A stretch of 64,000 bases of DNA from Octopus vulgaris. Lineage: Eukaryota. The notes under the pieces were generated by a model. The model ran no database searches. It was not told the origin of the DNA and was given only the letters and a program-made list of their open reading frames with translations. Shown piece by piece: positions 11,806 to 24,305 of this stretch; positions within the stretch are counted from its first letter, which is position 1, and every line of letters begins with the position of its first letter. The translations under genes were made by a program, and so were the position numbers. The stretch covers positions 163,184,001 to 163,248,000 of the forward strand of contig OX597816.1 in the NCBI GenBank assembly GCA_951406725.2, read 5' to 3'.

Positions 11806-12165
11806 AGGCGTGACTCTGAGGATAAGTAGCTAGCTTTCCAACAAGTAATTTTAGGTTCAATCCCTCTCCGTGGAAATTTGTGTGTGAAATTTGTAGGTGG
11901 AAATTGTGTGGAAGCCTCTCGTGTATATGTGAATGTGAGTGTGTGCGTGTTAATGTATATTTTTATATTTGTGTTCGTCCTCCAGCACCGCTTGACGATC
12001 GGTGTTGGCTTGTTTACGCCCCCACAACATAGCGGTTCAGCAAAAGGTATTTTATAGAATGACTAGCAAACTACAAAAAAATGTATTGGGGTCGATTTGT
12101 TTGACTAAACTCTTCAAGGCTGTGCTCCAGAATGACCAATGTCCAATGATTGAAAGAGGAAAAAT
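11806..12165 (+). mobile_element. SINE family A, highly diverged
   Basis: Head, middle and tail blocks still recognisable. Confidence 0.7.
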
Positions 12166-12231
12166 ATAGATAAATTATAATAAAGCACGTCTACACACAC
12201 ACATTCATACATACACACATTCCCTACGCAC

Positions 12232-12938
12232 GTGTTAGTGTGTGTGTGTAGTTGTGTGTGTGTGTGTGTGTGTGCATGTGTTTCTGTGTGTCTGTATTTG
12301 GGTGTGCGTGAGTCTATTTGTGTGCGTATGTGTGTATGTATATCGGTGTGTATTTGGGTGTATATGTCTGTGTATCGGCGTGTGCGTGTGTGTGCATGCA
12401 TGTGTTTGTGTGTGAGGGTGTGTGTATTTGTGTGTGTGTGTGTGTGTGTGTGTGCGTGCGTGTGTGTCTGTGTGTATTTGTGTGTATATATCGGTGTGTG
12501 TTTGTCTGTGTGCGCGCATGTATTTGTGTGTATAAGTTTGTGTATCTGCGTGTGCCTGTGTGTGCATGTATGTGTTTATGTGTGTGTGTATTTGTATGTG
12601 TGTGTTTGTGCGTTTGTGTATGTGTGTGTGTATGTCTGTGTATTTCTGTGTGTATGTGTCTCTGTGTATGTGTATATGTGCGTGCGTGTGTGTCTGTGTG
12701 TATGTGTGTGTATATAACGGTGTGTGTTTGTCTGTGTGCGCGCATGTATTTGTGTGTATAAGTTTGTGTATCTGCGTGTGCCTGTGTGTGCATGTATGTG
12801 TTTATGTGTGTGTGTATTTGTATGTGTGTGTTTGTGCGTTTGTGTATGTCTGTGTATTTGTGTGTGTATGTGTATGTGTGTGTGTATGTGTTTCTGTGTA
12901 TGTTTGTGTGTGTGTGTGTGTGTGCGTGTGTGTGTGTA
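12232..12938. repeat. Complex (TG)-rich repeat with a ~226-bp higher-order duplication
   Basis: Block starting CGGTGTGTGTTTGTCTGTGTGCGCGCATG at ~12492 recurs at ~12718. Confidence 0.9.
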
Positions 12939-13134
12939 ATTTCCGACACTGGCCTTCTCACCCTGACTCTTTCACATTATTAGTAAAGGAAATTCTCTAT
13001 TACTACCCTTGACATAGCTTCTCTAGCATTAGAGATAAAAATTGGTGAGTCCAATTGATATCTGAATCTTGCTTTCAATTCTGTACGAAACCGGACAATT
13101 ATCACTTAACACACAATCCGACATTGTGTATTAA

Positions 13135-13900
13135 GTGAAAGAACGATACAAATAGAAAGAAGTATGGCAAGAAAGGTAGAAAGAGGCGCAAAAAGAGAGA
13201 GAAAGGGGGAGTGAAGGAGGAAGGAAAAAGGAGAATGAGGGCAAAATTGAAAGAATATGTAAGAAAGGAAAAATGAACAGAGAACATTAAGAGAGAGGGG
13301 GGAAAGAGAGAGAGAAGGAAGAAGAGAAAGGAGAAAGGAAGAAAGGTACAAAGAGACGTGGAGAGAAAGAGAGAGAGGTTTAGAAAAGGACAGAAACAAA
13401 GATAGAAATAGTTGGAAAGGTAAAGGAGAGAGAGAGAGAGAGAGAGAAAGCAGGAAAGCTTGTAAAGCGCTGAGCGAGAGAAAGAGAGAAAGAGGGAAAG
13501 ACAGAGAGGAAGACAGAGAGAAGGAAAGAAAGGGAGAGAGAGAAGGAAAATGAGGGAAGATAGAGAGGATGACAGAAAGAGGGAAAGAAAGGAGAGGGAG
13601 AGAGAGGAGAGAGATGACAGAGAGAAGGAAAGAAAGTGGGAGACAGTGGGAGAGAGGGAGAGCGAAGAGTAAAGTAAGAGAGAGGGAAGAGAATGTGTTT
13701 GAGTAATAAATTGCTGTGTGTGTGTGTATTTGAATGACCAAGAGAGAGACATAGTGAGTGAATGAGAACGAAAGAGCTAGAGGGAGTGAGAGTAACTGCG
13801 TAAGACAGAGTGAGTAAGAGTGAGTGAATGAGTAAGTAACAGAAGGAGTAAGTGAGAGAGAGAGAGCGAGAGAGAGAGAGAGAGAGAGCGAGTAAGAGTT
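13135..13900. repeat. Polypurine (GA-rich) low-complexity tract
   Basis: Direct reading. Confidence 0.9.
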
Positions 13901-14376
13901 CTGTATTTGAAAATGAATTAATGGAAATACATTTTGATAATGGCATAAAAACATTTCTCTTGTTAACAACCCAGTTTCTTATAAGCCACTCACTTCTAGT
14001 TGGTTCGGACGCCGTTCGTAAGAGTTTGACGCAGGCTTAATGGCTGAATCTCAATAATACCAAGCAAGGCAAGATGGCGTAATTAATGACAAAGCAGATA
14101 AAAGTCTACTTGCAACGTTCCCTAACGCCTTTTCGGTCAGTCATTGACATTAGAATATAATGACTTACATTGAAATCGTCGGATGTTGAATGATGCATAA
14201 TGCGATCATAGTCTGAAAACTGGTCGAAAATAAACTGTTTTGAAAAGGAAGTCTATAGCACTCTAGCTAACTATTTCACTATTCCACTGTGTGATTATTG
14301 CATTTAAGCACTCCCATACACCATTTACACGTATACGTTTACATACATACATACACATGCACACATACACACACAC

Positions 14377-14414
<38 letters not shown>

Positions 14415-14706
14415 ACACACACACACACACACATAGGGACACACATTTATATTTATATAAATACACATACATTCAAACGCATAAATACACATACATATAT
14501 AGCTATGTATGTATATCCATGCGTGTGTGAGTATATGTATATGTGTGTAAGTGCGTATATGTATGTATATGTATATATATATATAATATGTTTATATATA
14601 TGTATGTACATATATATATATGTTTATATATATATCTATTATATATTTAGAAATATATATATATGTATGTTTGTACTATGTATGTATGATATATATATAC
14701 GTTATA

Positions 14707-14754
<48 letters not shown>

Positions 14755-14855
14755 AATATAGTGGTCACTATATTGCTCACCCTATGTTTCAACCAATACA
14801 TGCTTACCATGAAAGTCAGTATATGCAAATAAAAATAACAAAAATACAGATTATT

Positions 14856-14926
14856 TTGGGACAATTGTTTGCTATTAATGAATTAAAGTATTTACTTACA
14901 AAAATCATTTGTAGCTCGTCAGCCAA
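14856..14926 (-). ncRNA. Type-I hammerhead ribozyme motif lacking G12 (probably inactive)
   Basis: Minus strand: TTGG-CTGACGA-GCTA..TAGC-[G missing]AAAC-AATT-GTC-CCAA; unit 14760-14945 flanked by (TA)n. Confidence 0.7.
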
Positions 14927-15189
14927 GACTATCTGGATGAAATCCATATATATATATACGCGTGTGGTTCAATATATATATATATATATATATATATACG
15001 TATGCATGCATGTTTATGCATGTATATATATATTCACACACCCATAAACTTGGTCGAGACCTGGAAACTAAAGAACTGCGTACTTAGGTGGTTCCACCCT
15101 CGTAAAGTACAGAGGTAGACACAAAAGCAACAAATACATACAGATGCATACTCATTCGCACAGACAGATCCGTGCACACATTCACACAC

Positions 15190-15237
<48 letters not shown>

Positions 15238-15503
15238 TATATATTGTTTTTAAACAAGAATGTCATTGATCTCGACTTCGATGTTTCGGTCGGCTGTACC
15301 GCTAAGCCATTGTCCGTAGTGCTTATAGCTGGTCGGAACTTCGAAATCACTCTCAACGATATTCTTGTATAAGAATAATCAATTTGTACTCTGCAAAAGT
15401 ATAAAATAATCAATCCGCTTAATAAACATGAAAACAAACATTAGCACAGATAGCTTGACAGACACACACACACACATATAATTATATATTATGTATATAT
15501 ACA

Positions 15504-15539
<36 letters not shown>

Positions 15540-16128
15540 AAAAGCAATAAAGATTCAAGTTAATTTAAATGAATTTACTTGAATATGGTACCTAACTTAG
15601 ATGCACCAAAAAAAACTATACTGATTTAACAATACAGTAATGTGGGGTGATTATAAGCGAGAATGAAGCAACAAGAATGGATAGGTTTTTAGTACAATCG
15701 TTTCATACAAGGACAGGTTTTATTAAAAGTTGCAAAAATTACAGCATATAAACGTGTCCCGTACTCATCAGCTAAAATACATGTGAGTTCTCTAGACATC
15801 CTAGTGGTTGAGGCTATACTCATGAAGTAATGTAGATAATTAAGTAACATAAACAGATTTCAAAAGTTCATTAAAGTTCTTTAAAGATGATGTACAGTCT
15901 TATCACAGAATTTTAAAAAAAAGTCTTAATAGCATCACAGAGAAGGTGACCCAATCCATAGTGCACATATGAATTTCCAGAGATATGATGAGGGATTACA
16001 TACTCACAGAAGGCAAATTTATCCATTGTTAATTACAACGAGGTGGGTTTCAATTCCTGCTTATTAGCATTATAGAGAGGGTGAGTTAATCCTTTGTATA
16101 GATGCACAATTTCCAATGCTTCATTCTC
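15540..16128 (-). mobile_element. Probable Penelope-like element terminal-repeat fragment
   Basis: (TA)n on both sides and contains a hammerhead; no RT or GIY-YIG coding seen, so the class is inferred. Confidence 0.55.
15687..15777 (-). ncRNA. Type-I hammerhead ribozyme
   Basis: Minus strand: TTTTAG-CTGATGA-GTACGGGACA..TGTCCTTGTAT-GAAAC-GATT-GTA-CTAAAA. Confidence 0.8.
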
Positions 16129-16130
16129 GC

Positions 16131-16168
<38 letters not shown>

Positions 16169-16327
16169 AATGTAGGATAAAATTTTTTTCGAAAAAAATA
16201 TTCTTTTCCAAAAACATTCTAGCAATCGCCAGCATATCAAAAAATACCTTTAAAGGTTAAATCTATAAACAATTCGTAATTAAGGCCAAACGAAAAAATT
16301 TCTAATTTCGTTTGCCCTTAATATATG

Positions 16328-16373
<46 letters not shown>

Positions 16374-16757
16374 GACAGACCAAATGAATCTTTGTAGTAC
16401 AATAATAGCTCATATACGTTAGAGATTTAAACACTGAGAGTGCTCAACAACTCACTAGTTAGTCGGTATCATGAATTTATTTGTAAAAGTACGATGAAAT
16501 TTGAACAATAGATCTGAAGTGTTACTTCCATTGAACGGTCCCATGAATTGCAAATTATGTCCCGATCAGAAATTTCTATTTTTCGATATAGATTTCCATC
16601 CAACTGTATCAATCTTCTTCCGTCTTGTCACTGGTCCCTGGTTGATGGACAGATATTTTCTCTTCTTTGCCATCATTAATTCCTCTGAATTGCCATGATA
16701 TACAGTGCCAAATAATATCCCCTATACACACATTGTGAGAATGGTATGTGAACTAAA

Positions 16758-17275
16758 GGCGGTGATCTGGCAGAAACGTTAGCGCGCCGGGCGAATTGCT
16801 TTGTGGTATTTCGTTCGGCGCTACGTTCTGAGTTCAAATTCCGCCGAGGTCGACTTTGCTTTTCATCCTTTCGGGGTCAAAAACTCACTAGTTAGTCGGT
16901 ATCATGAATTTATTTGTAAAAGCACATTGAAATTTGAACAATAGATCTGAAGTGTTACTTCCATTTAACGGTCCCATGAATTGCAAATTAAGTACCAGTT
17001 ACGCACTGGGGTCGATGTAATCGACTTAATACCTATGTCTGTCCTTGTTTGTCCCCTCTATGTTTAGCCCCTTGTGGATAATAAAGAAATAGGTATTTCG
17101 TTCGGCGCTACGTTCTGAGTTCAAATTCCGCCGAGGTCGACTTTAGCTTTCATCCTTTCGGGGTCGATAAATTAAGCACCAGTTACGCACTGGGGTCAAT
17201 GTAATCGACTTAATCCGTTTGTCTGTACTTGTTTGTCCCCTCTATATTTAGCCCCTTGTGGGTAGTAAAGAAATA
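16758..17275 (+). mobile_element. SINE family C (Nin domain) with internal tandem units
   Basis: 15-bp target-site duplication GGTATGTGAACTAAA at 16743-16757 and 17276-17290; two Nin units; carries a copy of upstream flank at 16882-16990. Confidence 0.9.
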
Positions 17276-17342
17276 GGTATGTGAACTAAAACCAAAGGCA
17301 ACCAAATATGAGCGCCAGATGATAACTAGAACGACTGAGATA

Positions 17343-18204
17343 TATGTAGTCTGATCAATAAGTATCCGGACTGTTGCTATAGCGAAGCTAAAACGCAGAG
17401 TAAAGCCACTTGGCAAAGATTGACGTTGAGATCTGATGTGCATGTTCACTAAGTTTTGACGTTCTAGCTCATGTCCATTGTTCACAGCAGAGTTTGGAAG
17501 GAAGGTGTGTAGTGTGTGATCATCGCAGTGACCATGACAAAGTTGAGTAGAAAATCTGCATCAAATTTTGCCAAAAGCTTAGCGATACCTGCTCAGAGGC
17601 CTACGCAAATTTTTCAAAAAGTTTTCATCGTTCTCAACACAATCAAGGAGATCTTGTGCAATTGAAACCCGAGTCTTTTTGGTCGGTTGAAAATAGTTTG
17701 AGCAGAAAATTAGCAGACACGCGTCTCATAGCCAATTCTTCAGTGATAATGGACTGAGCTGAACCGTAACTAATCTGCATATCTGATAACTTACGGATGA
17801 GGATTCGACGATTTCCCCTCACAGCTGCACGCACGTCTGCAATGTTTTTCTCAGTTCTGCTGATTGCAGGTCTCCCAGAGCATTCGTCAATATCGACATT
17901 TTTTCGGCCATCTTGGAAACGTCTGAACCACTCGTACACTTGTGTGCCGCTCATACACTCTTTTCCATACACTTTCTATATCCTTACGCCATGACAACTT
18001 TCTGTATTGGTCAATGCGACGATCATACGCTACCCACCTTCCTTCCAAGCACTGCTGCAAACAGCGGAAGTGAGCTAAAACATTAAAACTTGGTGTGCAT
18101 GCACAACAGTGTACAATGTCCATCTTTGCCAAGCGGCTTTACTCTGAGTGCTTTAGCTTCTTTACTATGGCAACAGTCCGCATACTTATCGATCTGACCT
18201 CGTA
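17343..18204. mobile_element. Foldback mariner derivative made of two 5' ends
   Basis: TA-flanked TIRs (GTCTGATCAATAAGTATCCGGACTGTTG); arms inverted over ~200 bp; minus frame VYEWFRRFQDGRKNVDIDECSGRP..MRRVSANF; plus arm ICIKFCQKL. Confidence 0.88.
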
Positions 18205-18929
18205 TAGATGAGAAAATATTGTTTATAACACTGAACCCTAGCTACCTTAATCCTCCAGTCGAACTTGTTTGAACGAAAGTGATGGAAAGTCTTTCGATTC
18301 CTAATTTCTCATCTATGGCCCTAGAGACCAAGATTTATAAAAATCAAATTTGTTCTGGGAAGAAATCCAAAGACACAGTATTTTTCATGCTGTGCATTTC
18401 ATTCCCTACTACCACCCTACTTTCCAATGACTGGTATTTCTTCGCTTTTCCGGGATTCTGAATTTCACCGTGATCCTGGAAGGGGAGCTAATGGGTGCTA
18501 TGCTCTGTCAAAGTGCAACTTATGTTTTTGCTGCATATCTACAGGCCTTTATGCTATCCACAAACTGAGGACACAATGGATGGGAATTTTCATCACCACA
18601 CTATCTAAGCCTAGATATAATGATTGATAACCTTGCTCCAAACAAATTGCATTGAAAACGTGTCATTGACTAGGTCGCATTGGTGCGACGAAGATTTCGG
18701 TTCTAAATAATAAATGTTTAAGTGAAGTTAACAATTTCTGAATTTTTTTAATGGCTAATGTGACTTCCGTGTCGTATTGTTTTATATTTTCAACAGCTCT
18801 CTCGGTTCATGTAAAAACGGTTTAGCTTTCTCGCGTAACGTTCGTAAACCGTTCAAGTTACGCAGGCGTACAATGGCGTAGACAGCAAAACCATCAATTT
18901 AGTGGCCAACCCATTACTTCTCTCCCATA

Positions 18930-19197
18930 CTGATTCACGACCGTGGGTCGACTTCAGTTGCACCAACAGAAGTTCCATCTCTTACGAACAGAACAGGACT
19001 GCAAGGCTACAAAGAAAATGCGAACTACGCAAGTCCATAGCCAGCTTCTTTCTTTCAGTTTCAACAGAATACCAGTGTCCGACCTGCGGCAGAGCCTCCA
19101 GAACATGCATCGGACTGATCAGCCACTTCGGACACACAGTACTCTGTCCTTTCCCGTGTAATGTCATTGGTCATCGTCGACGACGACGGACGAAGTA
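18930..19197 (+). mobile_element. RTE-clade LINE extreme 3' end
   Basis: C2H2-like CPTCGRASRTCIGLISH followed by GTCATCGTCGACGACGACGGACGAA. Confidence 0.75.
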
Positions 19198-19733
19198 ATA
19201 ATGAATATCTGATATAGTTTTATACCAAAATCCCTCCTTCTGAAAGTCCACAAATTTAGGAAATACTACAGTACAAATGGTGATATAGTTTGGACATTGA
19301 AATAATGTTGCCCAATGGTCAGTGATTGTTATATAGTATGACAGATGCTACTGTCATATTGTTATTTTATGACATATTATGACGTGGTGATATATTATGA
19401 CATATCATAACGTGTTATATTATGATATATTGTGACACATTATGACATTGTGGTATCATGACGGCTATATTATGACACTTGTTAGTGTGTAGGACGTCTG
19501 AAGAGGGAGTTACGATGGTGCTCAGCAATCAGGTTTGTTGTTACTCTTAGAAAGCTAGCGTTCCACCATAACTCTGATTTCTTACAGACATGATGGAATA
19601 CTATGGATGATAAATGGCCACCTCATGACGCATTTTAGAAATGACTCGGGAAGCCCTCTCTGATATAGTTCTTAGGACAAACCCATCGATATTCGACTAT
19701 CTTCTCTAAATCACGTTGAATTTTAAGACAAAA

Positions 19734-20103
19734 CTAGCAGTATCGCCCGGCGTTGCTCGGGTTTGTAAGGGAAATAACTATAAAGCATTTTTAGAGACTT
19801 ATAGCCAAAAAATGGAAAAAAAATGATGGTAAATTTTTTTTAGTTAAAAAGCTCGAGTTGCGTCTCCTAGACAGTCTGTGGTTTGTGTTTCTGATTCGCG
19901 ACCCCATGTCGAATTTATCGATTTTTTTCAGAACTGGGGGAACTTTTCAAAATTTTCGCTGCATTAGTTTTGAATTATGACATTGGGCTATGTGTGTGTC
20001 AAGTTTCATCAGAATCGGTTGAAAGCCGTGGTCAGGGTGAGGGTACAACCTAACAGACACACAGAAACACACACAGACAAACTGCCGTTTATATATAGAG
20101 GGA
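19734..20103 (-). mobile_element. Complete non-autonomous Helitron (~370 bp)
   Basis: Minus strand begins TC after an A and ends with hairpin CCCGAGCAACGCCGGG then CTAG before a T; no target-site duplication. Confidence 0.88.
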
Positions 20104-20497
20104 TAATAAAGGACACTTTTTTTACGACCAATAAGAACTGACTTTACTGATGACCAATAAGAAGCGACTTTAATTGAGGTGCTGTACCAGTAACTGGATG
20201 CTGCATCTCCATCGATGCTAGGCATCTGAAAGATCACGTACGTAATTTATTTGTCAGCAAAACTTTAAGTAATGCACGGGTAAATCATCGAACTTTTATA
20301 AACACTATATTAGGGATTGAAGGTTCTTGCTTTTGTTTATACACAAACGTTAGTGTGTACGTTTAATGTGTGTGTTTGTGTGTGAGTGTTTGTATGTGCA
20401 TGTGTGTGTCTGCGTATGTGTGAAAACCCATCCATCAATCGATCAGCTTGCTATCAAAATATCTGCGCGGGGGTGTGTCATTGCTTCTCATGGTCAA

Positions 20498-21120
20498 TTT
20501 CTTTCTTTCTTTCTTCCATCTCTTCTTCCCCCCTTCTTTCTCTGTCCCCATCTCCATCCCCTCTCCTTTCCCTGTTTCCTCTTCCCCCTCCCACTTCTTC
20601 CCCCTCTCTCCCCTACACCGTTCACTCGCCTATCTTCCCTCTCTTTTTCACCCTCTCTCCCTTCTCCCTCTCACTCCACTCTAGCCATTTCCTTCTCTCT
20701 CTCCCTCTCTTCCTCTCTTCCCCATTCTCTCTCATCTCTGAATGTCTATTTGTCTAAGACTGTTTCAGTCTCTGACTCTCTCTCTTTTTCTCTCTCACTC
20801 TCACCCTTTCTATCCTTCTCTCACTCTCATTCTCAATCACCCTCTCTACCCATCTCTCGCTCACTCCCTCCCTAGCTTCCTTTCTCTCTTCCTCTCTGTT
20901 TGTCTCTCTGTCTGACTGACCGTCTGTTTCAATTTCTTCCTGTTTGTCCGTCTGTTTCTCTCGCTCTCACTGAACTCTCTCACTCACTCTCTCCTCTCTC
21001 CTCTTCCTCTTCCTCTCTTACTCTCTTCCTCTCTATCTCTTTCACTCTCTATCTCTCTCACTGTCTCTCTCCCTCTCTCTTCCCCCTCTCTCTTCCCCCT
21101 CTCTCTCCTTCTCACTCTAC
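20498..21120. repeat. Polypyrimidine (CT-rich) low-complexity tract
   Basis: Direct reading. Confidence 0.9.
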
Positions 21121-21480
21121 TATTTCATACCCTCATACCCTAATTACACACTGTTACATCTAACATTATATTTATTATCAACGCAATTCCGTTCAATAAT
21201 CCAATCATCACTTGATTTATAGTATCAATTCCCTACATTATACAGCGACAAATATCTCAAGTTATCTATAATTATATTACTAATTCTTCTTTCTCGATCG
21301 TGGGGCCACTCTCTGTTTCTCTCCCTTTCATTGCAATATCCTCTTTTCTCCTATGTTTATCAACGCCCTTCTCTCTATTTGCAACTGACTCGTTTTATCT
21401 TGTGTGGACGTCAGTGAGCTTCTATCCAGTCCTTTTTTAAGCTAGTATCTATGTTTTTATGCGTGTATGTTTGCATATAT

Positions 21481-21778
21481 CACCGTGATCACCGTGAGTG
21501 ACCAGGCTATCAGCTGTTGCTACACATCGCTGGTCACAATGCGCTTCGCATTGTTTTAGCCTTCAAATGATGCCACCACGGTGGCTAAGCGAGCAGGCCA
21601 ACAGAAGAAAGAGTGACAGAAAGTTGTGGCGAAAGAGTACAGCAGAGATCACCACTACCCCCTGCCGGAGCCTCGTGGAGCTTTAGGTGTTTTCGCTCAA
21701 TAAACACTCACGATGCCCGGTCTGGGAATCGAAACCGCGAGTCCGCTGCCCTAACCACTGGGCCATTGCGCCTCCACA
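21481..21778 (-). mobile_element. SINE family B, full length
   Basis: tRNA-like head, (CACGGTGAT)2 tail, TTTGCATATAT duplicated at 21470-21480 and 21781-21791. Confidence 0.9.
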
Positions 21779-21816
21779 TATTTGCATATATAAATGGATG
21801 TAAATATGTTTGGGCA

Positions 21817-22052
21817 TAGGAGGAGGCGCTAAAAAGTTCCTGGCTTTAAGGGTATTGCGAAAGGCCTGGCTGGAGGCCCAAACCTTCCGAGTTCTTGTAC
21901 ACAGCTAAGAAAAACTGAAGGACCACTGCAATAAATGTATGAATTTGCAATAAAAGTGTGAAGAGGGTGATATGTTGAATAAATTCATAATTAACAGATC
22001 TTCCTGTATTTTATTTTATCCAAAACCAGGAACATTTCAGCACGCCCTCGTA
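21817..22052 (+). mobile_element. Mariner-derived MITE
   Basis: TA-flanked imperfect TIRs (GAGGAGGCGCTAAAAAGTTCCTGG / CCAGGAACATTTCAGCACGCCCTCG); remnant of the mariner C-terminus GDYVE* (GGGTGATATGTTGAATAA). Confidence 0.8.
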
Positions 22053-22794
22053 TATGTATGTAAATGTGTTCGGGAAAGAATTTTGTGCTCTTGAAGGAAC
22101 TTTGGTCTTTTTACGATATGCATGCATACACACACACACATTTTGGGTTTGGAGGGTATATTATCCGAGTAGATATTGTTGTGGCTCTCAGTTATGTTCC
22201 AGGTTACGGCTAACCGCATCGATTAGCATTTTGCGTCTATGAATATTAGTTATCAGTCACGCTGTAAATTACATGACAAGCACTATCCTTGAAAATTCGG
22301 TCGTTTGGTACACAAACTAAACTACTACAATACACAAACAGGTATGTCATGACAGTAACATCAATCTTGACCTAGTTAGATAGAAAACTAATTCCAGACA
22401 GCAACGGGCGTGAAACGGGGATCAAACCTACAAGTTTACAAACAGATAAGATTTCAGTTTCAAAACAAGCTCCCCCTTTATCCCATTGAGCCCTAACTAA
22501 CAAACAACTAATTGTATTCAGTTCACTTCAAAACTGGTCAAATGGACAGACTCTGAAAAAGCTGCACAGAAAATCGTTCCCGGTTATATGTGCAAATGCC
22601 CGTACTTCGTGCAGTCGAAACCTATGTAGGTCGTAACAACCATAAGTGTATGTTGTATCTAATTATACAACAAGAAGAAATATCTTTTGAAGAGATAAAT
22701 GTGCTTTAAGAATTTTTTCAAAACGTATAAATAATCCAATTTTGAATTCATAGTCAACTCCATAAAATATATTCTTTTATTCTTATATTTCTTT

Positions 22795-23362
<568 letters not shown>

Positions 23363-23936
23363 ATATTTCATGGAGTTGACTATAGATTCAAAACTGGATT
23401 ATTTATACATTTTGAAAGAACTCTTAAACAACATTTATAATTGAGAAAACTGCTCCGATTCAATTCTTTCGGAATTTGCAATCTTAAGAATGATAGCCCG
23501 TGTTTATGAAGGTTGTTTATTTTCCATGAGAAACACATTAAAAAACGAAGGCAATATGAGTAAACACACATTCGTCACAATAACCTAATTAGTATTCAAC
23601 GGAATTATAGAAATAAATATTCAACGCTGTTTTGCCAATTTTTTCTATGTAATGTTTGATATTTAAATATATTAATTAAAAGTTTAGATAAATTTTATAA
23701 TTTTCTAGACTGAAGAATTCTATATTATTCTTATTTGTTTGTTTCTGTTTGTGAATCAAAACTCTATCCTCGAAACAAATTATATTGAAATTGCAATACG
23801 TGTTATTACTATCATTATTGTTGTTGTTGTTATTGTTATTGTTATTGTTGTTTTTTTAAGAATATAGATAAGCCTGTAAAATATAGATCAATACGATTCA
23901 CTATGTGCAGCCCAAAAGAGTAGCTCTATCTGTCTG

Positions 23937-23995
<59 letters not shown>

Positions 23996-24084
23996 ATCTA
24001 TCTGCCCCGTTCGCCTATCTGTAAATCTACCTTTGCGTATATGCGTATGTGCATATGTATACACACACATATATATAATATAAT

Positions 24085-24126
<42 letters not shown>

Positions 24127-24305
24127 GGGAGAATTCACAATAACAAAAAAGACGAAGACAGGTGGTGTAAACAACAAACAGATGTATTAGTATAACGCTC
24201 GGGAAGTGAAAAAGTCTTTAACGTTTCGAGCATACGCTCTTCCACAGAAAGGAACACAGAAAGAAACAAGGAGAGAAAATAGAGAATGTGTAGTGGCTAG
24301 CGATC
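24127..24305 (-). mobile_element. Penelope-like terminal fragment with a minimal variant hammerhead (24216-24251)
   Basis: (TA)n-flanked; minus strand CTTT-CTGTGGAA-GAGC GTAT GCTC-GAAACGTT-AAAG; homologous to 58490-58630. Confidence 0.6.

Noticed and set aside
14068-14080. YY1-like AAGATGGCG (similar motifs near 25645 and 55064)
   Set aside because: Short motifs expected by chance; no adjacent gene start is evident.
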